A DNA stretch of 63,994 bases, counting the filler, from Asterionella formosa (lineage: Eukaryota), in the NCBI GenBank assembly GCA_002256025.1. It is 22 parts of 22 records of this genome, joined end to end, with 100 filler letters (N's around TTAATTAATTAA, not from the genome) between each part and the next. Parts side by side here need not be neighbours in the genome. Positions count along the whole stretch, not along the records: positions 1 to 27,120 come from NKIB01001590.1; 21 more parts are not named here. One strand, given 5' to 3'. The translations under genes and the position numbers were made by a program. This document shows, piece by piece, positions 12,143-24,624 of the stretch. The notes below the pieces were generated by a model that saw nothing but the letters and a program-made list of their open reading frames with translations, was not told where the DNA came from and did no database searches. How positions within the stretch are numbered: position 1 is the stretch's first letter; each line of letters begins with the position of its first letter.

Positions 12143-13111
12143 ATGACGACAATGTCAGCGACAATGTCGTCTCCTGCCGACACATCGACTCAAGTGCTCG
12201 ACTCCCAGCACTTGGACTACATCCATCATGTCTCGTTCGACATTTACGGCCGCCGCATGGCCACCTGCAGCGGCGACCGGGTCGTCAAAGTCTGGGACCT
12301 TCAAGCTGACGGCTCTTGGCAACTCGCTGGGGATTGGCAGGCGCACCGGAGTGGCGTGGAGTACTTGGGATGGTCGCATCCGGAATTCGGAACATTGCTG
12401 GCCACAGCTAGTTCCGACCACGACGTGAAGATTTGGGAGGAACGGCTGGAAGGGTACAAGAAGGTTTGGTCCCAAAGGGCCTTGCTCAGTGATGCGCGAC
12501 GGAGTGTGCATTGTTGCGAATTCGCGCCGCGCCATTTTGGATTGCAGCTGGCGACGGGAAGCGCCGACGGGGTGGTGCGAATTTACGAAGCGGTGGATAT
12601 TTTGAATTTGAGTCAATGGCCCTTGCAGGGGAGCATTCAAGCATTTGGAGAACCTGGGGTCACTTCCTTGAGTTGGTGTACTGGTCGCTTTGAAGCACCC
12701 ACCCTAGTAGTGGGAGGATCGCACTTGACGATTTATAGATATGCCTCTACTGCTCGGCAATGGCAAGCGCTCATGACTATGCCATCACAAGGACCTGTCA
12801 CGAGTGTAGCGTGGGCCCCAAATGTGGGAAGACGCTTTCATTGGATCGCGGCGACGGAGAACCAGGCATTGCATGTGTACCAACTGGACCGCAAACAAGA
12901 CTTGGAACTCGAAGCTTTCCACGCTTTGGAAAAGGATGCTCCCATGTGGAAGTGTCAATGGAATGTTACTGGAACCGTGCTTGCGAGCAGTGGCGATGCG
13001 GGAATTGTGCAGTTGTGGAAGGCTGATCAACACCAGCAGTGGAAATGTGTTTCGCAGATTCACGGGGATTTGACAGCAGCAGGAAAAAGCATGCAGTGTG
13101 GTGGGAAGTAA
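12143..13111 (+). CDS. SEH1: Nucleoporin SEH1 (WD40)
   Basis: HLDYIHHVSFDIYGRRMATCSGD, WSHPEFG, FAPRHFGLQLAT, RIYEAVDILNLSQW, AWAPNVGR, WNVTGTVLASSGD. Confidence 0.92.
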   Translation: MTTMSATMSSPADTSTQVLDSQHLDYIHHVSFDIYGRRMATCSGDRVVKVWDLQADGSWQLAGDWQAHRSGVEYLGWSHPEFGTLLATASSDHDVKIWEERLEGYKKVWSQRALLSDARRSVHCCEFAPRHFGLQLATGSADGVVRIYEAVDILNLSQWPLQGSIQAFGEPGVTSLSWCTGRFEAPTLVVGGSHLTIYRYASTARQWQALMTMPSQGPVTSVAWAPNVGRRFHWIAATENQALHVYQLDRKQDLELEAFHALEKDAPMWKCQWNVTGTVLASSGDAGIVQLWKADQHQQWKCVSQIHGDLTAAGKSMQCGGK

Positions 13112-13223
13112 GTAAATATATAAATAGTAAAGCAAATGTAGTCAATGACTGACCCCATCCTTTTTGGATTGGATACAAAATATATGGCTATAGGGAGCTA
13201 AGCAATACAATATTGAGCAACAA

Positions 13224-14180
13224 TTATTTTTGGGGGGAGAAAAATGATTCAATCGAACCCTTTTTTGGTTCTGATTTGGCTTTTTTGGCAGGAGGTGAGA
13301 GCACTAATGTGGCCGGAGGGGATCGTTTTAAGCAAGGCAAATTCTTTGTCGATTGACTCAACGGGCTTTGTGGTTTCGCAGCAGTTGTCTGGAAGAATGC
13401 CTTGACGCTTTTCGTTTTTGGAATCGAAGCAATTGCCTTTGGATCACGATATTTCATACTGCTCATTTGCACCGTCACAGCGTGCCAAGAAATGTCCCGT
13501 TCGGAGGTGGACTGGGCTTGATCGACCAATGCCTTGTGCGCGTGCCGACTGGGTGCGGACAGCCACTCCTTGGCCAGTTCGTCGCTGCGCACCAACACCG
13601 GCATACGAGTATGGAGCCATTTGAGCGAGTCACAAACTTCGGTGGTAAGAACTGTAAAGGTATCAAGGGATGGACTATCGGAATGACCAGTTTGAGTAGT
13701 TGTCCAGAGACCGGCCATGAGAAGGTAGGCGCGCTCCTTGGAGTACACAAAGTATGGTTGCTTTTTGCCCAATTCTGTCTTCCATTCGAAGAATCCATCG
13801 ACTGCTACAATGCATGCACGCTGCTTATGTAGCAAACCGACAAACGTAGGCTTGTCCCAAAGCGTATCGGATCTTGCGTTGAACATGAGACCTTCAAAAT
13901 GCTTGGACATGCCGGGAGGAATGGGTTTATCAATAGATCCACTGCGAGTCACTAGGCCCCAGGTTTTCAATGACGACTGAATGACACCATGATCATCCCT
14001 CCAAAAAACTACGGCATCCATTCCTGGACTCATATTGTAGTTGTCACTCCATCCAAAGCGGGTACCGGTAGAGATCTCTTGATTTACCCGATTTGGCACT
14101 TGATCACTTGGTTCTGGTGCTCCCAAAACAGCAGCTGCCACATGCACAGCTTGCCTTGTTTGTGCTGCGCGTCCGCACAT
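13224..14180 (-). CDS. HMCES: HMCES/SRAP abasic-site protecting protein
   Basis: Start at MCGR (catalytic Cys2; ATG at 14180), WGLV, FNARSDT, GFFEWK, KQPYF, HTRMPV. C-terminal PIP-box-like KGSIESFF. Confidence 0.9.
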   Translation of the reverse strand: MCGRAAQTRQAVHVAAAVLGAPEPSDQVPNRVNQEISTGTRFGWSDNYNMSPGMDAVVFWRDDHGVIQSSLKTWGLVTRSGSIDKPIPPGMSKHFEGLMFNARSDTLWDKPTFVGLLHKQRACIVAVDGFFEWKTELGKKQPYFVYSKERAYLLMAGLWTTTQTGHSDSPSLDTFTVLTTEVCDSLKWLHTRMPVLVRSDELAKEWLSAPSRHAHKALVDQAQSTSERDISWHAVTVQMSSMKYRDPKAIASIPKTKSVKAFFQTTAAKPQSPLSQSTKNLPCLKRSPPATLVLSPPAKKAKSEPKKGSIESFFSPQK

Positions 14181-15572
14181 GGTGATTGCTCTCAGGATCA
14201 AAAGGGGCTCCGAAGCGTATTATTCATGAACCACGGATTGGCTTGAGTACATGTCCGGCAAATAATCAATGAGCGAGGAAGGTTTTATGATACGACTTCT
14301 AACTGGTACTCCACAAGCCTCGCACGCTTGGTCATGTCGCTTCTTCTTTGTTGGAACAAAATGTTTGAGCTGTCAAACAGTTACAAAGGTGGCAGCCCCG
14401 GCTTAACCCTAGTTTGGAGTAAAACATGGCTAGGGTTGTGAAATTGGGATGGAATAGGGAATTTGTTTCTGTGTATTCTCAGGATCATTCAAGTATCTGT
14501 CTGAATTGTTAAACTAAGTAGAAATTGGCATCACATTGATGGAGTTCGATTTCGACCAAAATGAAGACTTTTATGTTATATCTTCATTGCTCAATGTAGA
14601 TATAATTTTACTCCCTGCCAGAGCACAGCATGTAAAGCTGTATACCACCAGGAGCATATGATCATCCTGCTTCTTCTTTACAATCTTGGTTCTCCTTTCT
14701 TAAACAACAAAATAACTTCGAACAATGAAACAATCAACCATGAGTTCTGTTGCATCTCCCCAAGTGAAAGAATCTCCTCTTTCATACAATCATGTTCCAT
14801 GCCCTACTTGTATTGATCATACCATTGTTGAGTCAGAAGTTGAAGGCTGCTGGAATCGCATTTTCTGTGAATGTTGTGACTTCGCATCATGATGCCCAGA
14901 GTGTCAATGTTGATTGGACGAGATGGAGGATTTAGTTGAGCAATACATTGAGACAGACTTGGTTTAACTAAAACTTGAAGAGGATGTTATAACGCCAGGG
15001 TAAGCAAGAAACCTTGTATACAAGTTTCTACTTATCAAGACATTTCTGTGGTTCATTAGGGAAAGGCAGCCAAGCAACTAAATCATTACTGACTTCAAAA
15101 TTATGAAAGGTTGTACCAAACGTAGTCTTGCTCCTTGCCTCGATTGCAAATGGTGGCAAGGGACGCCGCACACTCAAAGATGAGCCTGACGAAACCAATT
15201 GGTTTGACGAACCAAAAATCGATACAAAACAATACAAACCTCCACTAATGACTCTGAATGGAAATCTTTTATTGTCTGTAGAATCGTAAAAACAGTTTCT
15301 ACAAACCGATAGTACTAGCTGTAGTAAATACAATGAAAAGAAGTTAAGATCGAAATCATGTAACAATGGTTTAAAGTAAGGAACAGCAGATTTAAAAAAG
15401 TGTATCTACCAAAACTCTTACCTTTGCAAAATAGTAATTGGAGCAAGAAGGGAAGGTTCAATCATCTAGAGTAACGAAAAGGCGACGCTGAAATAGATGT
15501 GAAAGAACATTCAAAAAGAGAGGCAATGAATGAGGAGGCATGTCCTACTATGGATGTACATGAACTTCATGT

Positions 15573-17100
15573 TTGGTCCGATACTGGGAAATGTATTCAT
15601 GGTGGAAGAATCTTAGCAAAGTAGCACGCGTGATCCCGGAAAACATGCCAAGACTTACATATAGTTTTGATAAGGGTTGGCAACAGCACTCCAGTGGTAA
15701 CAAATGTAATTCGAATAGCGGGCATATTTTTGTATTGGGGGTTATTCAAAAAGATACTAAAAACTTCGCTTAGACAGCGCCTTAAGAATATTCAATCGCT
15801 AATAGAATACCCTGCATGGCGCTTCCTGGCATAAGAGAAACCCAACCTGGATCACCCCAACTGGCATGGTGACGGTGGGTGTTGAAACAGGGGGGGGGGG
15901 TTACTCAAAAAAGATGCTACTAGACTACTGCGTAAAATCTAAGGTATGCAACACTTGTGTCTTTGCCGCCCGGCGGTTTGCGTCAGCCGAGCCTCATGTT
16001 TGCCCTAAGAATCACCTATTGGTTTGTTCCAAGTCAATGAAATCTGATGCTGGGGTTGAAATGGTGATCAAGGCTTGGGATAAGTATCCAATGTTCTACA
16101 CTACTACGATGGCTTTCAATGACGATTCAACTATTGGAGCAACTGCAAATGTTCTTTTAAGGATTTACTACTACAAAATCCCGAAAAAATGGCGCAAAAA
16201 GGGCAAACCATGGATGCCTTCCATGACCCGTCATAGACCCGGATTTTTTTCGGACTCCTCCCAACGAGGCCCAAAATGCGATGCGAAATCGACAAAAGCC
16301 GACTGCCTGCAACAGAAAATCGATTATGGATGCTTCATTAAAAATCGAATCAAAACATTTGAAGATTTCAGTGCAGCATCAATGGCACCAATCCACCACA
16401 TAGCTATTTAAACACTCATGATCATTGCAATCTGGAATATTGTCCTGTGAAAGCAAATTAAAGTGTTTGTACAGTGAGGGAGCGAGGGCAAGCGGTCTGG
16501 GTGATGCTGGTTCCAACTCCTTCTCCACAAAAAGGTCAAACGAAGCTATCCAATTTCTTCCCAGGCAGGTCATCAAGGCAATGGGAGAAAGATTATGATC
16601 ATGGCACCGCAGACACCACAGACATCAAGAAAGAGCATTTGTCCGATTCCCCTGCAAGGGAGTGTTTCCACCCTTCTCCCTGAGTTCCAGCACCCAAAGT
16701 CACCGCATTTGTTGGGTTGATACCGGGATGGTTGGTATTACAGAAAACCAAGGCTGGCAACACCAGGAAGCGCTATGCAAGCTACCCTATACTACTAGCA
16801 ATAGAGTAGTTTTAATACGCTTAATAAATGAGGTTACTATAAAGTGTCAGTACAGAAAAAAATTGGAAAATTAATTACAACAAGAAAATGTTCGATTGGT
16901 TAGCTAGTTGAAAAGTTGGCAAAAGAATCAAAGGTGAGAAACTCAAACCAATACATCAAAAATTCGATATGCAAATGAATGAGGCAATAAACAATACTGC
17001 TGCCAGACATTGTCCCAAAAACAAAATGTTTGCTGGCTCCAGAAGCGTGCTCTATCAAGTAGCATCATTGGCAGGACACATACACAAGGTGCTGATAAAA
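15573..17100 (+). pseudogene. Degenerate Mutator-like transposase remnant
   Basis: SFDKGWQQHSSGNKCNSNSGH, LDYCVKSKVCNTC, CPKNH...SKSMKSDAG, NDDST, and MQMNEAINNTAARHCPKNK (about 16969-17030); many stops and frameshifts. Confidence 0.7.
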
Positions 17101-17524
17101 AATGCCAGATGTAAATAAAAAATTGGGAATGAGAATGTCAACCCAACAACAATTTTTTTGGAGTCAACACAGAAGAAATCAGTTAGGATTGGAAAAAGTG
17201 CAACTATTAGGGGAAATGCACCTTTGAAACCGGAAAATGTTATTTCGAATGTTCCATCATTCTCAGTACCAGATAATGTTGTCTTGAAAAAAGTGGATGG
17301 TAGGAAAGTTAATGAAAAAAGTGGATAAATAAATAAAAGCTGCATTTATTAGTCACTTGTTGATGACATCTTGACCTCCTAACTTCTGTTACACAAACGA
17401 TTGTAATAATGGACATGAAGAACCTTTAGATCCCAGTGTAAGTGCTTGTTTGAGTGCTATATTTTTTCTCAGTCTTGCCATATATCACCTCAGGACACCA
17501 AAAAGGGATACACCTTGTCTGCGA

Positions 17525-19132
17525 TTAATGATCGACTTGACAGAAAACTTGAATGATACCTGGCAAGACATGGCATTGAATGGGTCCTGATTCTATCCTT
17601 TCTCCATCCAGAACGTTATATGATCCTGCTGTGGTTGGCTCCAATCGATATGCTACACATTCAATAAACTCGGCAGCTGGACGATTGACATGGGTGCCAG
17701 TTTCTATGCCCAACAAGAGCATTGCAATTTGATAGCGAGACCACTTGCCTCGAATGACAAGAATTTGAAAGACACCATCATGAATGCTACTTCGCGGAGA
17801 TTGAAACACTCTTGCACCAGCATGTGATACGTGAGATGCCCAAAACAGGATAAAGGTGTCATCAATGACATCCCAATGGTCAGGAATTGGTTCTGTCAAA
17901 TTGGGCATGGTGTCGCCTATGGCAATGTTCTTGTCATGCTTACTTGGAGATAAGTAGGAAAGGCGAGCTTGATAGGTTCTGCGGGACAATACTTTCCAAA
18001 CGGCAATCAAATCAAACCGGAGATCTCCCAGAAAACGGACGTATTCGGAATCAATGTCGACTTCCGCAATCATGGCCCAAGTAAAAGTAAGAAAGGAGAT
18101 ATATTCTTGGTCTAATGTCTTGTACTTGGATAAGTCCATGCGCGTCACTTGATTTTTGGCAATCATGAAGGTCGATTCCAGAGGAGAGTAAGCTTCGTTC
18201 GCCGCGTACGTCAAAGATTTGGCCAATCCGTTTGCAGTCCCACACCCGATAACTCCCAACTTGATGGTTGGGAGTAGGGCATCTGCCTCTTTGTGCTGGT
18301 GAATTCCTTGTAGAAATTCATGAATAGTGCCATCGCCTCCCATCAACAAAATTGCATCAAACTCCCCAATATCATCCGCCTTCGCTCTCTCCTTTGCATG
18401 TTGTGGACGAGTCGTCTCACATACTTCTAAGTCAACGCCAGCTTGCTCCATCATGAGACGTACTATCGTGTTGAGGATTAATTTACTCTTTCCAGTCCCA
18501 GACGTTGGATTAACTACAACCAACATCTTGCGAGGAACAGATGGTATACCACATACTTGTCGAATAGCTTGTACGACAGCATTGATGTGACGAAGGTCTT
18601 CCGAAGGCACGACTTGAAAACGTCGATGTCGACTCTGACGATTCCCAAAGGGACCAGTTGTAGAAGGAGGATTTGGATTAGGGCCGTCGTTCGACCTTCC
18701 AAAACCATACCAAGCGAGCCATGAGCTTGAATGCGAAAGATCTTTTTTGGGGTATGCAAAGATTGTCAAGACAACGGACCCTTGCGTATCGACAGGAATC
18801 AGAGACTTGGGCTCGTTGTCAAAATAATCTGCTCCTGGATTTTCAGACTGCTTTCTTGAATTTGGAGCGCTTGAGTTATCAACAGTAGAAAGCTTAATTT
18901 CCAATTCACATCCGATGACATCGGCAGGATTAATGACGTCGAGAATCGAGTTTTCATCGTCAACAATCTTCAACAACTTGCGCGATGCATCGTAAGTGAT
19001 TTTGCAAGACTGATCCTTTTGCGATCCTGGCCATTCCCGAGGAATCAAAAACTTGACTAGCTCTGAATTTTCCGTAGGCCAGTTAATCTCAGCAGTGGCG
19101 TCAACATCACTGCTACTCGTCGTTGACTGCAT
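17525..19132 (-). CDS. Sphingosine/long-chain-base kinase (DAGK catalytic domain)
   Basis: LVVVNPTSGTG, GGDGTIHE, GCGTANGLAKS, WAMIAEVDIDSEYVRFLG, LDGE. First ATG at 19132. Confidence 0.9.
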   Translation of the reverse strand: MQSTTSSSDVDATAEINWPTENSELVKFLIPREWPGSQKDQSCKITYDASRKLLKIVDDENSILDVINPADVIGCELEIKLSTVDNSSAPNSRKQSENPGADYFDNEPKSLIPVDTQGSVVLTIFAYPKKDLSHSSSWLAWYGFGRSNDGPNPNPPSTTGPFGNRQSRHRRFQVVPSEDLRHINAVVQAIRQVCGIPSVPRKMLVVVNPTSGTGKSKLILNTIVRLMMEQAGVDLEVCETTRPQHAKERAKADDIGEFDAILLMGGDGTIHEFLQGIHQHKEADALLPTIKLGVIGCGTANGLAKSLTYAANEAYSPLESTFMIAKNQVTRMDLSKYKTLDQEYISFLTFTWAMIAEVDIDSEYVRFLGDLRFDLIAVWKVLSRRTYQARLSYLSPSKHDKNIAIGDTMPNLTEPIPDHWDVIDDTFILFWASHVSHAGARVFQSPRSSIHDGVFQILVIRGKWSRYQIAMLLLGIETGTHVNRPAAEFIECVAYRLEPTTAGSYNVLDGERIESGPIQCHVLPGIIQVFCQVDH

Positions 19133-22002
19133 CGTTACCAGCACTGTTCTCGTGGTTTAGCTTCATGTTGTTTGTACTCGATGTTCATCGATTTACTACC
19201 GGTCACCCCAAGAACCAAAATTCTACGAGGTTCCACTGGACGCACAAAACGTCCGCGGTATTGTGACTGGAGAAAATGATCGGAGGCCCATGCTTCTTGC
19301 TTACCGGTCGGAAATTCGCGTTCGAAAACGGAACGAAAATTTTCGATTTCCGACGAATTCTACCCTGGCAGTGAATTTCCGATGCCAAAACACCCATTTC
19401 TTCCTGGTATCATCAGTAAAGCAGTTCCTTGCCGCTCTGGGATTCCATCAGGCGGGTGTTTACTGACAATTACCGGTATGTACCGGTAGTAGCAAATCAG
19501 TTTTTCCGGACAGGTGTCACAGACCACGCAGGTCATCTGCAATCTTGCTTGGTTCAAATACGATAGGATGAGTTCTACACAGTACCGGTACGCGAAGACG
19601 GAATCCAGAATCCATTTGTGTGACTCATTTGATGTTGGAATTGAGCATAACATTACATTTGATGTGTGCATGAAATCGTTCATGAATTTGTTCGTACGGT
19701 TCGCCCGGTCCAAAATATTTCTCAGCACATGTACCTCAATGCACCATCATGTGACTACCGGAAGACTTCCATGCAGTTTCAAGGTGCTGGATATGATCTC
19801 TCTTCATGATAATGAATAGCAATTCAGATCGAAAACAAAATTCAGTTTGGGCCTGCTAAGATTTAATTGAATAAAAAAATGATTTGCATAGAAAAATTCA
19901 AAAAGGATAAATATAGTGTTTTAATTAGCTAGGTAATTTGATTATGGAAAGCAAAATTCATTTGGGGTTTGCTGGTGGCAGATTTATTAAAATTAAAATT
20001 GAAATTGGTTCGAGTTTTGTTCGAAGAAGAGAAGATTGAAAGGACTAGCTGCCAAACATTGGAAGAGTTTCCGCTGAGTTTAGGCAAGTTCTGTGGGCGC
20101 AAGGAAGAGAAATATTTTTGATAAAAATAATAATGAATGAATGGCAAATCTAATTCCAAATATACTGTACTACATAACTTGTTCAGATTGTGTGTTTCGA
20201 CCTGCATCAACTACTCAGTGACTTCCTGCAAGGTCTTTTATTGCAATGAAGCATTCGCCAAGAGGCTGATTGAGGGAGCAATTATCAAGTCATGCAGCAA
20301 TAATTATGATGAAACAACGAAGGGATGACGTGTAGGTGTGTTAATAATGATTCATGTAACAAAATTCTTTCAAACACACTTGTACTCACGAAAAATTATC
20401 CGTATACACAACACAGGATTTCATAAATTAATTTAGCCTTTGGTAGAATGCTACTACGATCTAGTGCTAGGTAGCTAATGGACTTAGACAATCGTCAAGG
20501 AGAAATCTTGAAGCTCTGGCTTCCACACTGTAACTTCAACCGAAAATCACTAGCTCATCGTGTTCGTCTAGATGATGAACAGTTTGATCATCTACTTAAA
20601 TACTCGATGATTGTCTGGTGGAGCTACATAGAATCCTGGTAATTGTTTGTCTGGTATGATGGAACTGAAATGATGAATATTGCTAGGTTTTTCGGAGCCG
20701 CTTCAACTTTCCATTTATTTTTCAGTTGATGATGACGATGTGGTTGCATTGTCAATAACAAATATATTGGCTGCTGCGGTTTTCTCCAGCCACTCACAAT
20801 AACTACACCCTACTAGCTACTAGCATTACATATATGCAAAAGAACTGCATTTTCTCAGCAAAATATGTATATTACAGTGCCTACAAGGGCTACTACCTTG
20901 TGTACCTGAACATGAATTCAGCCAAAGTATGAATGTTGTGTTATTTTTATGGTGTTTGATGGTGGCGTTTTCATATTCAGATCCTGTTAGCGCTTTAGCA
21001 CTGATCATTATTGGTGCTGGTTTTCTTCATTATTTTGGCTTGAAAAGGAGAACGATTTCGAGTTTGGAAAGATTAAAGCAAAGTAAGCACCAATTATTGC
21101 TTCCTTTGCTTAGTACTTTTGCTTATCAGTCATTGTCATTGCCATTTGCTTTTTTGCCAGTTGCCCACAGGTCAATGCTTTCATGCTTGGAAGAATTAAA
21201 AAAGCACAAAACCTGTCACTAAGTCATAATACAGCCACAGTGAAATGGTGATGTACTATATTTATGTATGTTGAACACAAGAAATGCCTGTCTGGTGTCA
21301 TGTTCCGGCCGGTATTCTGTTTAAGCAAAACATAGGTTGGTGGTGCTAATGATGATGGTGCTTCTGATCAAAATTGTTTTATTTTCTTGAGGCATGACGT
21401 TGAGGGGTGGTGACCCATATGAACAAACAGTTGCGGTAACCTGGAATTCGGATTCCATTCCATTTCTTGGATTGATGCTCCCCCATGCATGATGATTTTT
21501 GATAGACTACTTGTATCGGTCGTATGTATATGGTGTACATCAAATTCACAAATTCATACCGCTGCTACCTGATGCGCGGGTCTACAGTACCAAGTACCAG
21601 GGTACTCCGTACCAGGTAACTGGTACTAGTAGCGAACCCTAATGTGTGGCGATCTGTTCTGTCATTAGTCCGTACTTCCCGGGTAGTCCCCTGCTGTCCT
21701 GCTGACACAAAGTTTGGAGGTTGCAGTTTGCATTACCATTCCCAAATAAATTCATTGGTGCTTCTTTTGTTAAGAATTGCTTTATTGCTGTAAATGCATT
21801 GAAGGATTGTTCAGGCTACTTGCAAGCGAAGAACTCGCATTGCTCGTTATTACGAAACCCTTTCTGTTCTTCAGAGGTTCTTGACTTCATTTGTAGACCC
21901 CGGACATCTCGATCCTTCGCATTCACCGACATTGTTAACAAAGCACTTCTTTTCTGTCGGCAATTATCAAGCCTAGGTCTTCAACGACGAGTGCACGGCA
22001 GT

Positions 22003-24624
22003 ATGAGGCATTCAGAAGAAACCCTCGATACAGCGGAGCTCCCACATCATTTGCGAAGCACGCCTACTCCTCCTGGATTCATGCAAGAACGAGGTTCCGG
22101 AGCGTTGTCAGCCCCGCCGCCACCTGGCTTTAGCAATGGCAGTACTGTTAGACCAACCTTTTATGCAGGTGCTCAATTAAATCCGAACGCCTGGAGCAAC
22201 CAAGACAGCAGAACGATATCATTCACAAATCTAGCAGCCGTGATTGGAACTGGTCTTGCAGAATCTATGGAGGACTCCACAAAAGATGCCTACCGTGACA
22301 GTCTTTTTAGTCAAGATTTGAGCTATGCAAGGCAGTCCAGACATGCTGCCTCAAGGATGATTGGGAATACAAATTCTGCTGCCTACCCCGGTGGATCTCT
22401 CTTAACACAATTATCAAGTTTGCCCCAATCCAAGAAGGTTAGCAATACGCCACTGCATGCTTCCGGTCACACGGACAAAACAGATCCCAACGCTGACGAA
22501 GGATTTTATTCCGTGGACAATGACCCCATGGTAGAATTCAAAGTCTCCACATCTTATCGCCCTGGAATATTTCCAACTCCCAAGGATGTTGGACTAGAAG
22601 TCATGGAACCAATTGAGATGGGGCGGCGTTCGGCTCCTCCCGTGCAGTCATTCCGAGACTTAAGTTCCTTTCACGCAGAGACTCCTGGAAAAATGCCACA
22701 TGACGGAACCCCAGATTTATCGGATCTACGAAGAAGGATGGATCACATGTCATTAGAGTCTAATACATCCAAAAGGTCACTGGAATCCATTCACGCTGAA
22801 ATCGACTTGGCCCCTTTTCTTTGGGATGTAAGATCTGCAGAACCGAGTCGATCGCTGGTAATTTTGCGTGCATTTTCTCATCCCGACATTCGAATGACAT
22901 GTGAAGCGTTTGGAGTCTTGGAAAACTTCCGTGCTGATTTTGTTGATAGAGGAATTATCTTTGTTGAATTCTTTGATATGCGGGCAGCACAGTATGCGGC
23001 AATGGAGCTGAAGGCTTGTTTGCGTCGGATGACTGGTTTCCGGAATGATGAAGTGGATGTCAAGTTTTGCGTTCCATTGAGTTCATCATCAGCCTTCGAT
23101 GAATCTTTGATTTTATTGTCGGATTTGCCGGCAAATACAGATGAAGACAGGCTGACCCAAATAATGTCTTCGTTCGGCTCCATTCGATCTGTGAGTCGAC
23201 AGGAAGGGTCACGTTATGGAAATGGCCGCCCCTCGTATGCTGTCGAGTTTTACAATGTACAAGATGCAAAACAGGCGATTTTGGAATTGGGAAGCACACA
23301 ACCTTGGGGACCTGAGGTTTTGTTGGAAAGTGGTTCTAGGTCATCATCAGATCGCAAGAAAGGACGTGAACTTCTGGCCTTACTCGGACGTTGGAGGCAT
23401 GGGATGGCTTCAATTCCTGTTAATAGATCCTCGAATATTTCAAGTGATCATAGAATTCCGCCTCTAGGAGTGGTATCGCATGCATCGTCAAATCAATATT
23501 CCGACGGAGTTCCGGTTCAACCCCATATGCGACCAGCTTCTCAAAACCGATCTCGATCTGAATCCCCCATGTTTTCACCGCATGATGCATACACGTCTCC
23601 CAACACCCATCCTTTCAATACAACTGATGGCATCGAAGGCAACATAAGCTCTAATCAACCTCAGCAAGCACATCAGTTGGTGGTTGGACCAGACGGGCGA
23701 TACTCCTATGTTGTCATGAATCACTCTGCCTATGCTCAGGGTCACAATCAACAACAACCGCACTCAGTAGATCCTTATGGTGTCATTCACACGATGCATC
23801 CTCCTCCTAGTGCCCAAAACTTTGTTCCTGGGTCTAATGGACGATACATCAGTACGTCTGTTCACGGTGGTCCATCTGGTCCATATTCGATCCAAAGTGC
23901 ACACGGTCAGCGTGTACAGCAACACCTGCCCCAACAACCTCCTCCGTCTTCGCATCATATACAGCAATATCATCATCCTGGCAACAATTCCATTGTACCT
24001 AACTCATACCAAGTGGATGGCCACGGGTATACAGGAGCAGGAGTATCCTCAACTGCTTTGCCCTATTACACGCACGTTGCCACGCATGCTCCCGATCCCT
24101 GCGTCTCCAGTGAAAATATCAACAACGCTGGGCCTGCTCGTGGAGCCACAATGAGCGAAAAAGATAATCGGCACTTGATGCTCCTTCTTGATGCGGTCGA
24201 TAGTGGTCGTGATACTCGGACGTCCCTGATGGTTCGCAACATTCCCAATAAATACACACAGCAAATGCTCCTTGCCGAATTTGCAGAGAATGGGCATGGT
24301 CCAGGAAAGATTGACTTCTTTTACCTCCCAATTGATTTCAAGAACAAATGCAATCGAGGCTATGCATTCATTAATTTTGTGGATTTTAGAGATATCATAC
24401 CATTTCATCAGCAGTATTTTGGTCAGCACTGGCGAGTTTTTAACAGTGATAAGATTTGTGACATCACCTATGCTCGAATTCAGGGCAAGTCCGGGATGCT
24501 TAAACGCTTTGAGAATTCTGCATTGATGGAAAAGGATGAGGAATACAAGCCGCTAGTCTTTGGCAGTCACGGCCAAGAAAAGGGACAGCGCTTGCCATTT
24601 CCATCCCCCCATGCGAGCCCTTGA
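22003..24624 (+). CDS. Mei2-like RNA-binding protein (three RRMs)
   Basis: VEFFDMRAA and VEFYNVQDA RRMs, plus the C-terminal Mei2 RRM RTSLMVRNIPNKY...DFFYLPIDFKNKCNRGYAFINF...YARIQG. First ATG at 22003. Confidence 0.9.
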   Translation: MRHSEETLDTAELPHHLRSTPTPPGFMQERGSGALSAPPPPGFSNGSTVRPTFYAGAQLNPNAWSNQDSRTISFTNLAAVIGTGLAESMEDSTKDAYRDSLFSQDLSYARQSRHAASRMIGNTNSAAYPGGSLLTQLSSLPQSKKVSNTPLHASGHTDKTDPNADEGFYSVDNDPMVEFKVSTSYRPGIFPTPKDVGLEVMEPIEMGRRSAPPVQSFRDLSSFHAETPGKMPHDGTPDLSDLRRRMDHMSLESNTSKRSLESIHAEIDLAPFLWDVRSAEPSRSLVILRAFSHPDIRMTCEAFGVLENFRADFVDRGIIFVEFFDMRAAQYAAMELKACLRRMTGFRNDEVDVKFCVPLSSSSAFDESLILLSDLPANTDEDRLTQIMSSFGSIRSVSRQEGSRYGNGRPSYAVEFYNVQDAKQAILELGSTQPWGPEVLLESGSRSSSDRKKGRELLALLGRWRHGMASIPVNRSSNISSDHRIPPLGVVSHASSNQYSDGVPVQPHMRPASQNRSRSESPMFSPHDAYTSPNTHPFNTTDGIEGNISSNQPQQAHQLVVGPDGRYSYVVMNHSAYAQGHNQQQPHSVDPYGVIHTMHPPPSAQNFVPGSNGRYISTSVHGGPSGPYSIQSAHGQRVQQHLPQQPPPSSHHIQQYHHPGNNSIVPNSYQVDGHGYTGAGVSSTALPYYTHVATHAPDPCVSSENINNAGPARGATMSEKDNRHLMLLLDAVDSGRDTRTSLMVRNIPNKYTQQMLLAEFAENGHGPGKIDFFYLPIDFKNKCNRGYAFINFVDFRDIIPFHQQYFGQHWRVFNSDKICDITYARIQGKSGMLKRFENSALMEKDEEYKPLVFGSHGQEKGQRLPFPSPHASP

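Noticed and set aside
19600..21480. AT-rich region with possible terminal inverted repeats (ggaatcc motifs)
   Set aside because: The match is too short and no transposase motif is recognisable.
21721..22002. N-terminal extension of the Mei2-like ORF from a TTG start
   Set aside because: A eukaryotic gene most likely starts at the first ATG (22003); upstream is probably 5' UTR.
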